NCBI GenBank assembly: GCA_016840425.1
Contig: JAEOSI010000038.1
Location: 1 to 13,120, forward strand
DNA from: Candidatus Wukongarchaeum yapensis
Lineage (GTDB): Archaea > Asgardarchaeota > Wukongarchaeia > Wukongarchaeales > Wukongarchaeaceae
DNA: 13,120 bases
Direction of reading: 5' to 3'
The position numbers and the translations under genes were made by a program. Shown here piece after piece: positions 1 through 8,173 of this stretch (positions within the stretch are counted from its first letter, which is position 1; every line of letters begins with the position of its first letter). The notes under the pieces were generated by a model that had not been told where the DNA came from, searched no databases, and saw only the letters and a list, made by a program, of their open reading frames with translations.

Positions 1-279
1 CAACCAGAAGAAGTAAAAGAAATAAAGGGAAATATTGAGAAATGTTTTGAAAATCTCCAACTCTGTAAAAACCAGCACGGTTTCAAAAAAGGATATTTCG
101 TCCATATAAACAAAGGAAAAGGCCAATATTTCACAATATACCTAAATGAGAATTGTCGCTTAAAAAATGAAGCAGAGTGGATGAACAATTATTTTGTAGA
201 TATCTCCTACTATTTGGAGTTTAAAAAATTCTACTGCTACATTTTTAAAAAGAATAGCCCCATAAAAATAAGAATCTAA
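1..279 (+). CDS. 3' end of a 5'-truncated ORF of unknown function (92 aa visible)
   Basis: Frame +1 is open from base 1 to TAA at 277-279 (QPEEVKEIKGNIEKCFENLQLCKNQHGFKKGYFVHINKGKGQYFTIYLNENCRLKNEAEWMNNYFVDISYYLEFKKFYCYIFKKNSPIKIRI*). Purine-rich, coding-like; no family recognised. Not in the ORF track because its start lies outside the window. Confidence 0.45.
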   Translation, partial: QPEEVKEIKGNIEKCFENLQLCKNQHGFKKGYFVHINKGKGQYFTIYLNENCRLKNEAEWMNNYFVDISYYLEFKKFYCYIFKKNSPIKIRI

Positions 280-380
280 AAACAAAAAAGATAAAATTAC
301 AAAATAGCGATCGTATTTCTTCGTCGCTACTGCTAAGTATTTTTAATCCTTTTTGCTTTTTGGATTTTTATGGAAAAGTT

Positions 381-446
381 CAAAAGAGTTAGTCTTATAA
401 AAATAATAATGTTTTACTTAAGTACTTAGGATTTCTTTTGAGGTAG
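381..446 (+). promoter_or_regulatory. Candidate TATA box and ribosome-binding site for rps15
   Basis: TTATAAAA at 395-402 preceded by an A-rich stretch (BRE-like); GAGGT at 440-444, 8 nt before the ATG at 453. Motif match only. Confidence 0.35.
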
Positions 447-452
447 TGTTTA

Positions 453-917
453 ATGGCGAGGATGCACTCACATAGAAAGGGTAAATCGGGTTCTAAGAGT
501 CCTCCGAGGCCTTTTAAGTCAAAGCCTCCAAGCTGGATAATGCTCGATAGTGAGCAGGTTGAGGACTTGGTTGTAACTAAGGCAAAGGAAGGTCATAGTA
601 TGAGCAAAATCGGAATGATTTTGCGGGATGTTTACAGCGTTCCTTCTGTGAAATTGGTGACTAAGAAATCTATGCTTCAGATTTTAAAAGAACATGATCT
701 TGTACCAAAATTTCCAGAGGATTTGGTTGATCTTATGAGACGGGCAGTTTCGTTAAGAAAACATCTCGAAGAACATCCAAAAGATAAACATGGGAAGAGG
801 GGTTTACAGCTTATTGAGGCAAAAATATGGCGTTTATCGAAGTATTATAGGAAGAAAGGAATTTTGCCTCCGGACTGGAAATATGATCCAAAAACAGCCG
901 CAACACTATTGCGGTAA
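453..917 (+). CDS. rps15: 30S ribosomal protein S15 (uS15, archaeal S15P/S13e type)
   Basis: N-terminal [30 protein letters not shown]...AV.LRKHLE.HPKD...[16 protein letters not shown]...G.LP..WKY are diagnostic of archaeal uS15. Confidence 0.98.
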   Translation: MARMHSHRKGKSGSKSPPRPFKSKPPSWIMLDSEQVEDLVVTKAKEGHSMSKIGMILRDVYSVPSVKLVTKKSMLQILKEHDLVPKFPEDLVDLMRRAVSLRKHLEEHPKDKHGKRGLQLIEAKIWRLSKYYRKKGILPPDWKYDPKTAATLLR

Positions 918-975
918 AAAGTTTCCCCTTTATCCATATCTCCTTTTTCCCCTCTTGTTTTTTGGGAGATGCTTT

Positions 976-2439
976 ATGTCGAAGAATCGAGAGAAATTCA
1001 ATGAGTCTTTAAAGGTTGCTTCTGAGGTTTTAAAAGATAGTAAGTTTGTTTGGATAATCTCCCACCATGATGCAGATGGTTTAAGCGCTGCAGGTTTGCT
1101 TGCAAAGTCTTTAATGCGGTTGGGAGTTTTGTTTCATATAAGAATCCTTTTTCAGCCAACTTACTCGATAATTTCTTCATTACTTAAATCTGAAAGTTCT
1201 GTCCTTGTTTTTTGTGATATGGGTTCGGGTCAGATAGATCAGATTATAAAAGTGTTTAAAGATTATCCTGATAGAAGAAGGCAAGTGATTATTTTAGATC
1301 ATCATCAGCCCCTTTTAGAGGATTTTGAGGACTCGGAGATAGTTCATGTTAATCCTATGTTGTTCGGGTTTGATGGGGCGGAAGAGATATCTGCTTCAGG
1401 GGTTACCTATTTCGTTGCAAGGGCTTTGGATGAAAAAAACAAAGACCTGTCTTCCCTTGCTTTAGTAGGTGCTTTAGGGGATAAACAGGATAAAGAAGAA
1501 AATCATGGATTTTATGGACTTAATAGGGAGATATTAGAAGATGGAAAAAGCGTTGGAGCAATAGTAGAAATCGAAGACATCAGGATTTTTGGTAGGGAGA
1601 GAGACCCTATACCTCTAGCCGTTGAGTATACGATTGATCCGTTGGTGCCAGGAGTTTCTCTTTCTCCTGAGACTTGTAACAAATTTTTATCAGGGCTAAA
1701 TATTCCGTTGAAGAAAGATGGAGTTTGGCGCACTATTTCAGATCTAAGTGATGAAGAGAAACAAAAACTTTTAGAGGCTATAGTGGAAAAGATTGCAGAA
1801 AAAAGAAGGGAAGACAAAACTTCTATTTTCAAAGAAATTTTTGGAAAAGAATACATATTTCCCCAAGAATCTAGGGATTCATATACTCGGAACGCGAGGG
1901 AGTATGACGCGTTAATCGCTTCTTGTGGTAGATCAAGTAAAAATGGAGTTGGTGTAAGCATCTGTCTTGGTGATAGAGGCGAAACTTACAAGGAGGGAGT
2001 GAAAATATTCAACGAATATCGGGCGAAATTTGCTCGTAGTTTGCAATGGTTTATTAACAATGAGAAAAAAGCGGTGGAACAGCTTAAACACACTCAGTTT
2101 ATCGATGGAAGAGGGGTTGTAGACGAGTTTATTATGAGCCACTTAGCTTCTGTGATTGCGATAAATCGTTTATTATCGCCTGAAAAACCTCTTCTCACCA
2201 TAGCAGGCTTTTCAGAAGATTTAGTTAAAATATCCGGTAGGGCAAACGAGTATCTTGTGAAAAAGGGTGTGAATTTAGGTTTAGCTATGAGAGAGGCAAG
2301 CACTCTTATCAACGAAGGAGCTGTGGGTGGCGGGCACAACATAGCTGCTGGCGCTAAGGTGCCAGAAAACCTCTTAGAAAAATTCCTGAAAATCGTGGAT
2401 GAAATAATCGCCAAACAGCTAATATCTTCCCAAGATTAG
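976..2439 (+). CDS. recJ: RecJ-like DHH/DHHA1 phosphoesterase, probable GAN (GINS-associated nuclease, archaeal Cdc45/RecJ orthologue)
   Basis: Intact DHH motifs ISHHDADG, FCDMGSGQ, ILDHH, SASGVTY, GALGDKQD and DHHA1 motifs SGRA and GGGHNIAAGA. Start moved from 790 to ATG 976 (GGGAGA at 964-969; avoids overlap with rps15). GAN assignment rests on the known rps15-recJ-pcc1-rps3ae neighbourhood (e.g. Thermococcales). Confidence 0.88.
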   Translation: MSKNREKFNESLKVASEVLKDSKFVWIISHHDADGLSAAGLLAKSLMRLGVLFHIRILFQPTYSIISSLLKSESSVLVFCDMGSGQIDQIIKVFKDYPDRRRQVIILDHHQPLLEDFEDSEIVHVNPMLFGFDGAEEISASGVTYFVARALDEKNKDLSSLALVGALGDKQDKEENHGFYGLNREILEDGKSVGAIVEIEDIRIFGRERDPIPLAVEYTIDPLVPGVSLSPETCNKFLSGLNIPLKKDGVWRTISDLSDEEKQKLLEAIVEKIAEKRREDKTSIFKEIFGKEYIFPQESRDSYTRNAREYDALIASCGRSSKNGVGVSICLGDRGETYKEGVKIFNEYRAKFARSLQWFINNEKKAVEQLKHTQFIDGRGVVDEFIMSHLASVIAINRLLSPEKPLLTIAGFSEDLVKISGRANEYLVKKGVNLGLAMREASTLINEGAVGGGHNIAAGAKVPENLLEKFLKIVDEIIAKQLISSQD

Positions 2440-2560
2440 AGACATGGGGTTTCTAATCCTATTTTTGTTTTGTGGAGTAGCTCATTCCTTCAAGAAGAAA
2501 AATAAAAATCTTCATAACTATAACTTTTCAACGTTTATAGGAGTAGAAACAGGCAATCTA

Positions 2561-2612
2561 CAAAAATTTTTTTTATATGCCATTACCGTATAGAATTACG
2601 ATTTTGTGAGGG
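2561..2612 (+). promoter_or_regulatory. Candidate promoter and RBS of the inserted repeat-protein gene
   Basis: CAAAAATTTTTTTTATAT at 2561-2578 (TTTATAT about 45 nt before the TTG at 2621); GAGGG at 2608-2612, 8 nt before the TTG. Confidence 0.35.
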
Positions 2613-2620
2613 ATGAATGA

Positions 2621-4114
2621 TTGTTATTGGGAGATTTTTTTAAGATTTTTAGCCGTTTAAAAAGTGGGATAGCAGTTTTAAACCGTAGGAGAAGTTCGTT
2701 TCGGCTAACATTAACGGTAACAATTATGTTTCTAATTATTTCAATGGTTTTAGCAGTACCAACAATAGCGATAGCAATAATAATGACTCCTTTAAACTCG
2801 CAAACAAAAGTAACTATGATGGAGAAAAGGATTAACAGTAATAACGACAATGATACAATGGAATGGAATAAGACTTATGGCAGAAAATCCGCTGATGAGG
2901 GTAATTTTGTTATTGAAACTGCTGACGGAGGATACATAATAACAGGTACCACAGTATCTCACATCCTTGTTTCTAATGGTTATAATGTTTGGTTGATTAA
3001 GACTAACTCAATAGGTGATCTTGAGTGGAATAAAACCTATGGTGGAATAGAAGAAGATTATGGTGCTTGTGTTGTTCAGACCATTGATGGAGGATATATA
3101 ATAACAGGCAATACATACTCTTATGGTTCTGGTTATACGGATGTTTGGTTGATTAAAACTGATGCGAGTGGCGACGAGGAGTGGAACCAATCCTTTGGAG
3201 GAACGGGCATGGATTCAGGTCGGAGTGCTGTGCAGACTTCTGACGTAGGATACATAATAACAGGCTCCACAGAATCTTTTGCTACTGGAGGTTTGTATGA
3301 TACAGATGTTTGGCTGATTAAGACCGATGAAACTGGCAATATTATGTGGGACAAAACCTACGGAGGAGCAGGCCGGGATGAAGGTTATTGTGTTGCTCAG
3401 ACTGCTGATGGAGGGTATATAATTACAGGTACCACGGGGTCTTTTGGTGCTGGTTATCGTGATGTTTGGTTGATTAAGACTGATGAAAACGGTGATAAGG
3501 AGTGGGACAAAACCTACGGAGGAACATATTTAGATGAGGGGCGTTGTGTTCAACAGACCTCTGATGAAGGATACATAATAACAGGCATCATAGAGTCCAT
3601 CACGAAATCTTCTGGTACTAGTAATTATGACGTTTGGTTGATTAAGACTGATGAAAACGGCAACGAAGAATGGAAGAGAAACTACGGAGGAACAAACTTT
3701 GATATGAGTTATTGTGTTGAGCAGACCACAGACAGTGGATACATAATAACGGGTTGTACATATTTTTATGATGAAATTTTCGGCGATGTTTGGTTAATTA
3801 AGACTGATGAAAAAGGTAACTATTTGTGGGATAAAACCTTTGGAGGTCTACTCTGGGATGAGGGACGATGTGTTGTGCAAACTTCTGACGGGGGATTCAT
3901 AATAACAGGCTCCACAACCTCCTTTGGTGCTGGAAGTGCTGATGTTTGGTTGATTAAAGTTTCTGATATGGTGGTTGACAGTGATGGAAAAGAATCTTCA
4001 TATAGCGTTGTAGCTATTTACATAGCGGTGGGTGTTTCTGTAGTCATGGCTGCTTGGCTTGGTAAATCTTTAGGCCGTATGATGGGACTTAGGCGTAAAA
4101 AGTTAAGTGAATAA
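2621..4114 (+). CDS. Secreted/membrane-anchored seven-repeat probable beta-propeller protein
   Basis: Hydrophobic N-terminal segment (LTLTVTIMFLIISMVLAVPTIAIAIIM), seven copies of W[DN]KT[YF]GG...D.G..V.QT.DGGYIITG.T.S......DVWLIKTD..G, C-terminal hydrophobic helix (VVAIYIAVGVSVVMAAWLG) and basic tail (RRKK). Start uncertain (TTG 2621 with RBS, or ATG 2726). Propeller fold is inferred from repeat size and number. Confidence 0.8.
   Translation: MLLGDFFKIFSRLKSGIAVLNRRRSSFRLTLTVTIMFLIISMVLAVPTIAIAIIMTPLNSQTKVTMMEKRINSNNDNDTMEWNKTYGRKSADEGNFVIETADGGYIITGTTVSHILVSNGYNVWLIKTNSIGDLEWNKTYGGIEEDYGACVVQTIDGGYIITGNTYSYGSGYTDVWLIKTDASGDEEWNQSFGGTGMDSGRSAVQTSDVGYIITGSTESFATGGLYDTDVWLIKTDETGNIMWDKTYGGAGRDEGYCVAQTADGGYIITGTTGSFGAGYRDVWLIKTDENGDKEWDKTYGGTYLDEGRCVQQTSDEGYIITGIIESITKSSGTSNYDVWLIKTDENGNEEWKRNYGGTNFDMSYCVEQTTDSGYIITGCTYFYDEIFGDVWLIKTDEKGNYLWDKTFGGLLWDEGRCVVQTSDGGFIITGSTTSFGAGSADVWLIKVSDMVVDSDGKESSYSVVAIYIAVGVSVVMAAWLGKSLGRMMGLRRKKLSE
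2861..3967 (+). repeat. Seven imperfect intragenic tandem repeats of about 156-168 bp
   Basis: Exact DNA matches between units: GTTTGGTTGATTAAGACTGATGAAAACGG at 3464-3492 and 3632-3660; GGATACATAATAACAGG at 2930-2946, 3248-3264 and 3569-3585. Confidence 0.95.
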
Positions 4115-4126
4115 GATTGGAAAAAA

Positions 4127-4435
4127 ATGCGCAGAGTAGAAGAGAGGATTAAAATGCTTATGCAAGCTGTGATAAAAATTACTTATCCTGATAAAATCTT
4201 TGCAAAAAGCGTTTTTAATGCTATTAATCCTGACAATCTAACCGCGCCTCCACCATTAAAAGTAAAAAGTTACCTAGAAAATAATACTCTCATAAACGAA
4301 ATAGTGTTGGAAAATAATAAGTTCGAGCGTTTTTTATCCACGGTAGACGATCTTCTTATAAGCATAATCCTTGCTGAAAATGTTACCAAAAAGATGATAA
4401 ACCCCAAAGATGAATCAAAAGCAACTGAGACCTGA
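4127..4435 (+). CDS. pcc1: KEOPS complex subunit Pcc1
   Basis: About 90-100 aa with A..V..AI.PDN and FLSTVDDLL motifs typical of Pcc1, directly upstream of rps3ae as in the conserved cluster. True start may be ATG 4154 (GAGAGG at 4142-4147). Confidence 0.85.
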   Translation: MRRVEERIKMLMQAVIKITYPDKIFAKSVFNAINPDNLTAPPPLKVKSYLENNTLINEIVLENNKFERFLSTVDDLLISIILAENVTKKMINPKDESKATET

Positions 4436-4454
4436 AAGACAAAATTATTATTTT

Positions 4455-4475
4455 AAGAAAGACAACTTTTTAAAA
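4455..4475 (+). promoter_or_regulatory. Candidate TATA box for rps3ae
   Basis: TTTTTAAAA at 4467-4475 in the AT-rich pcc1-rps3ae spacer, about 40-45 nt before the ATGs at 4511/4517. Confidence 0.3.
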
Positions 4476-4516
4476 CTTAAAAGTAGATGCTTGATTTTGT
4501 TGTCGATGTGATGCTG

Positions 4517-5305
4517 ATGCCGAGAAAAAGACGACGAGAAAAAATTGTGGATAAGTGGAAACAGAAGCAATGGTATACCCTTTTAGCTCCACCTATGTTT
4601 GCTGAGCAAGTGTTGGGAACTACACCTGTTGACGATCCTTCAAAACTTATAGGGAGGATCGTTGAAACAACCCTTTTCGATCTTTCAGGATCGTTTGACC
4701 AGATACATGTAAAATTAAATTTTGAAGTTTATGATGTTGTGGGAAATATAGCAAAGACACGATTTATTGGTCACGATTTTGCTAGAGATTACCTGAGGGC
4801 CTTAATAAGGCGTAAAAGTACGAGACTTGATGGAATTTTCAACGTGACGGCAAAGGACGGCTATAAACTAAGAGTAAGTGTTATAGCTCTAACAACCCAC
4901 AGATGCCAAAATTCTCATCAACACCAAATAAGAGCAGTGATGAGAGAGGTTGTTCAAAGAAAAGCAAAGGAGCTCAACTTCCACGATTTAGTACAACAGA
5001 CGGTTTTAGGTAAAATAGCTGGTGAAATCCACAACCAAACAAAGAAAATCTTCCCCTTAAGAAGCGTTGAAGTAAGAAAATCAAAGCTTTTAAGCATGCC
5101 AAAACCAAAAGAAGAAAAAGAGGTAGCAGTGCCAGTTCAGCCAGCCGAAGAAGTCCCTGAGGAAGAAGAGAAAACCGAAGAAGTCCCTGAGGAAGAAGAG
5201 AAAACCGAAGAAGTCCCTGAGGAAGAAGAGAAAACCGAAGAAGTCCCTGAGGAAGAAGAGAAAACCGAAGAAGAAACCATAGAAACAACAACGACAACAA
5301 CATAG
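4517..5305 (+). CDS. rps3ae: 30S ribosomal protein S3Ae (eS1) with acidic repetitive C-terminal tail
   Basis: DKWKQKQWYT..AP..F, GR..ETTL.DL.G, F.GHDFARDYLRAL.RR.S.R.D, KIFPLR.VEVRKSK are diagnostic of eS1. Start likely ATG 4517 (or 4511) rather than 4487. Confidence 0.97.
   Translation: MPRKRRREKIVDKWKQKQWYTLLAPPMFAEQVLGTTPVDDPSKLIGRIVETTLFDLSGSFDQIHVKLNFEVYDVVGNIAKTRFIGHDFARDYLRALIRRKSTRLDGIFNVTAKDGYKLRVSVIALTTHRCQNSHQHQIRAVMREVVQRKAKELNFHDLVQQTVLGKIAGEIHNQTKKIFPLRSVEVRKSKLLSMPKPKEEKEVAVPVQPAEEVPEEEEKTEEVPEEEEKTEEVPEEEEKTEEVPEEEEKTEEETIETTTTTT
5145..5273 (+). repeat. Perfect 30-bp tandem repeat, 4.3 copies, in the eS1 tail
   Basis: CCGAAGAAGTCCCTGAGGAAGAAGAGAAAA four times without mismatch (5145-5264) plus 9 bp; encodes (EEVPEEEEKT)x4. 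Confidence 0.98.
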
Positions 5306-5405
5306 AAAATAAATTAGAATTTGATATTTTTTCTCCCTTATTAGTTACCGCAAAGTTTTCATCCTTCATCATATTTTGTTGTTGTTTTTTGGGTGTTGAT
5401 TTTTC

Positions 5406-6695
5406 GTGAAGGCTGTTGTATTGGCAGCAGGCGAGGGAAAGCGTTTAAGACCTTTAACTTATACGCGCCCAAAGCCTCTTTTTCCCGTGGCAGGGAAATT
5501 TTTCATAGAACATACACTTTCAGCCTTAAAATCCGCAAATATTGATGAACTGTTTCTAATAGTTGGGTACGAGAGCAAAGCAATTCGTGATTATCTTTCT
5601 GATGGGATTAAACATGGTATAAAAATCACGTATGTTGAGCAAAAGGAGCAGAAAGGTACAGCTCATGCTATAGGGCTCTTAGAAAATTTCACTAGATCTG
5701 AGCCTTTCTTAGTAGTTTACGGTGATGTTCTGGTTAAACCAAAAAATTTCGAAAACATTGTCAAAATGTGGGAAGAAAAAGAGGGATTGTCTAGTTCTAT
5801 TATCTCAGTGACCCGCGTTGAAGATGCTTCTCAGTTTGGAACAATTGAAACTAAGAACGGAGAGGTTACAAAAATAGTTGAAAAACCCAAAAAAAGCTCA
5901 ACAACATCGAACTTTGTTAACGCTGGAATTTACATATTCACCCAAGAAATATTTGATGCCATTAAAAAAACGAAAATAAGCCAAAGGGGAGAATTTGAAG
6001 TAACAGAATCAATCCAAATAATGATAAGCCAAGGAGGAAAAATTAAAGCTTATGAAATAAAGGGATGGTGGATCGACGTAGGAAGACCTTGGGACCTCTT
6101 AGAAGCAAACAAACTCCTCCTTGAAGAAAACAAAGAAAACCTCAAAATAGAAGGAAAAGTAGAAGAAGGAGCTCACATTAAAGGCCCGGTAGGCATTAGG
6201 GAAAACACTGTTATTCGGGCAGGAGCATACATTATCGGGCCAACCCTTATCGACAAAGACGCAGACATCGGTCCAAACTGTTTCATAAGACCCCACACAT
6301 ACCTCGCAGAAAAAGTCCACATAGGAAACGCCTGCGAAGTAAAAAACAGCATCATACTAAAGAAAACCCAAATCGGACACCTAAGCTACGTGGGAGATTC
6401 CATCATCGGAGAAAAATGCAACTTTGGAGCCGGTACAAAAATAGCTAACCTAAGACATGATGAAAAACCAGTAAAAGTCCTCATAAACGGTAAAAAAATA
6501 AGTTCAGGAAGAAGAAAACTCGGCGCAATAATTGGGGATGGTACAAAAACCGGCATAGGTTCCCTCATAATGCCCGGAGCTACACTCGGGCCAAACAGCG
6601 CCCTAGGTCCTGGAACAATATGTTACGAACACGTTCCACCAAACGCATTCCTCACAGAAAAAAGGGAAAAAGAACAACGTAAATGGCCATCATAA
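5406..6695 (+). CDS. glmU: Archaeal bifunctional sugar-1-phosphate nucleotidylyltransferase / acetyltransferase (GlmU-like)
   Basis: LAAGEGKRLRPLT..RPKP, EQK..KGTA.A, EKP, NAGIY, RGEFE.T, W.DVGRPWDLL nucleotidyltransferase motifs, then hexapeptide repeats with HLSYVGDS, CNFGAGT..AN and G..IGD..KTG. GTG start with GGGTG upstream. Confidence 0.9.
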   Translation: MKAVVLAAGEGKRLRPLTYTRPKPLFPVAGKFFIEHTLSALKSANIDELFLIVGYESKAIRDYLSDGIKHGIKITYVEQKEQKGTAHAIGLLENFTRSEPFLVVYGDVLVKPKNFENIVKMWEEKEGLSSSIISVTRVEDASQFGTIETKNGEVTKIVEKPKKSSTTSNFVNAGIYIFTQEIFDAIKKTKISQRGEFEVTESIQIMISQGGKIKAYEIKGWWIDVGRPWDLLEANKLLLEENKENLKIEGKVEEGAHIKGPVGIRENTVIRAGAYIIGPTLIDKDADIGPNCFIRPHTYLAEKVHIGNACEVKNSIILKKTQIGHLSYVGDSIIGEKCNFGAGTKIANLRHDEKPVKVLINGKKISSGRRKLGAIIGDGTKTGIGSLIMPGATLGPNSALGPGTICYEHVPPNAFLTEKREKEQRKWPS

Positions 6696-6746
6696 AAATA
6701 AAAAACCATCTTTATCGTTTTTACGAGTTAAACCATGGAGCGAGGT

Positions 6747-7967
6747 TCATCCTCGGGCTCCTGCTGCTGTGATTTTGATTACCATTTTGTCTTCTAAGAC
6801 GTGGTCTGCACCCATCCTTGTATGGGTTCTCACATCTATAGCATTTATGAAGGTTTTAGCAAGATCAGCATGAATCATTCCAGCAAACTGTTTTGCCGTG
6901 GTTCCTTTCGGGACAAGGAAAGCATCAGGCAATACCCGACCTTCATGATCTGTTAATTTGTTTGCATCTTCCACAGGGAAAACAACGATATATCCAAGGA
7001 TATCAAACATAGCTTTATCAATAGCTTCTTGCACGCCGCATGAACCGTAAACTTTGAGTATTTCCTCATCAATCCTACCTAACATCTCAACCTCTTTATT
7101 TGAAAGCTTTGAACTATCCACGATCTCAAATTCAGGATCGCCAGAAACATAGCGAATAGCCCCTCTATCTGCCGTTTTTCTCAAAAAGTATTCCGCTAAT
7201 GCGCTGCAAGGAACCACTATACTCCCCTTAATATCTCGTTTTAATCCGTCAATAAATTTTTTAGAATACGGCCTATCAATCTTGTTTAAAGCGATTAACA
7301 TAGGCTTTGCTATTCCTCTCAAAACATTAACAAAGTTGTAAAGATCCTCATCAGACCAATTCTTAGGTTTATCGGCCACGGCTTTTAAACCTGAATCAAG
7401 CAGTGCCTGCAAAACATGTTCCCTTTTAACAGCAAGACCAGATAACCTTTCCGCTAAAAGATCAGCAAGCTTTGACTTTTCTGTGTCAACCCGTCTACAG
7501 GTCTTTCCCCAATCCCGTTTTATAATCTCAATAAGCCACATTGTTATTTCGCGCTCAAGAAACAAAACATCCTCCAAAGGATTACGGGAACTAGGCTCAA
7601 CAGGATTTCCTTCAGCATCAAGGGAACCAGAACCATCAACTACATGAATCAAAACATCAGCCCTACGCAAATCATCAAGAAACTTGTTCCCCAACCCTCT
7701 TCCCTGCCAAGCATCAGGAACAAGACCCGCAACATCAAGAACTTCAACAGGAATCAAACGAGTACCCTCAAAACACAAAGAATTACGGGGACTGTCCTCG
7801 ACACCAAACTCTTTACAAACACACTGACGCCTAACATAAGCGATACCCTTATTCGCTTCAATAGTGGTAAAAGGATAATCTGCAACTTTAGCACTAGTCA
7901 TACAAGCAGCATTAAGAAAAGTGGTTTTTCCCGCATTAGGCTTGCCAACAACACCAACCAAAACCAT
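6747..7967 (-). CDS. ychF: Archaeal YchF-family translation-associated GTPase/ATPase (OBG family, C-terminal TGS domain)
   Basis: GKPNAGKTT (P-loop), YPFTT, DVAGLV (DxxG), [17 protein letters not shown], and TGS-type [24 protein letters not shown] upstream of the ATG. Confidence 0.93.
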   Translation of the reverse strand: MVLVGVVGKPNAGKTTFLNAACMTSAKVADYPFTTIEANKGIAYVRRQCVCKEFGVEDSPRNSLCFEGTRLIPVEVLDVAGLVPDAWQGRGLGNKFLDDLRRADVLIHVVDGSGSLDAEGNPVEPSSRNPLEDVLFLEREITMWLIEIIKRDWGKTCRRVDTEKSKLADLLAERLSGLAVKREHVLQALLDSGLKAVADKPKNWSDEDLYNFVNVLRGIAKPMLIALNKIDRPYSKKFIDGLKRDIKGSIVVPCSALAEYFLRKTADRGAIRYVSGDPEFEIVDSSKLSNKEVEMLGRIDEEILKVYGSCGVQEAIDKAMFDILGYIVVFPVEDANKLTDHEGRVLPDAFLVPKGTTAKQFAGMIHADLAKTFINAIDVRTHTRMGADHVLEDKMVIKITAAGARG

Positions 7968-8173
7968 TTCAGCTCACCAAACACAGCTATTAAAAACCTT
8001 CTTCAAATTGGAGAGAAAACAGATTAAGAATAAAAAGCAGACCATGCCTTTTAAGTTGATTGCTTTTTCACGTTAGAGACATTTTTTAACATCTCATTAG
8101 ACAGATAAATAAAAAATAATTATGTAACAACGGCTAATTAATACGGTTTAAATTCTCTAAAAAAGTGAGAAAA

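Noticed and set aside
283-355. Nested imperfect inverted repeat upstream of rps15 (283-300 with 337-355; TAGCGA 305-310 with TCGCTA 324-329) as a structured RNA leader
   Set aside because: Outer arms are low-complexity A/T tracts, inner stem is 6 bp, and it lies upstream of the candidate TATA box; at most a terminator for the preceding ORF.
790-975. N-terminal 62-aa extension of the RecJ ORF
   Set aside because: Overlaps rps15 by 128 nt, is not DHH-like, and a good RBS precedes ATG 976.
2681-2705. NRRRSSF as a Tat signal in the repeat protein
   Set aside because: Spacing does not fit the RRxFL consensus and the start codon is uncertain.
2861-3967. Repeat gene as a diversity-generating retroelement target
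   Set aside because: No reverse transcriptase or separate template repeat in the window; variation includes indels and is not visibly adenine-specific.
5145-5273. 30-bp direct repeats as a CRISPR array
   Set aside because: Units are head-to-tail with no spacers, in frame inside rps3ae, and no cas genes are present.
7780-7840. Cys cluster in YchF (CVC...D...C) as a novel metal site
   Set aside because: A Cys-rich insertion at this position is typical of archaeal YchF proteins.
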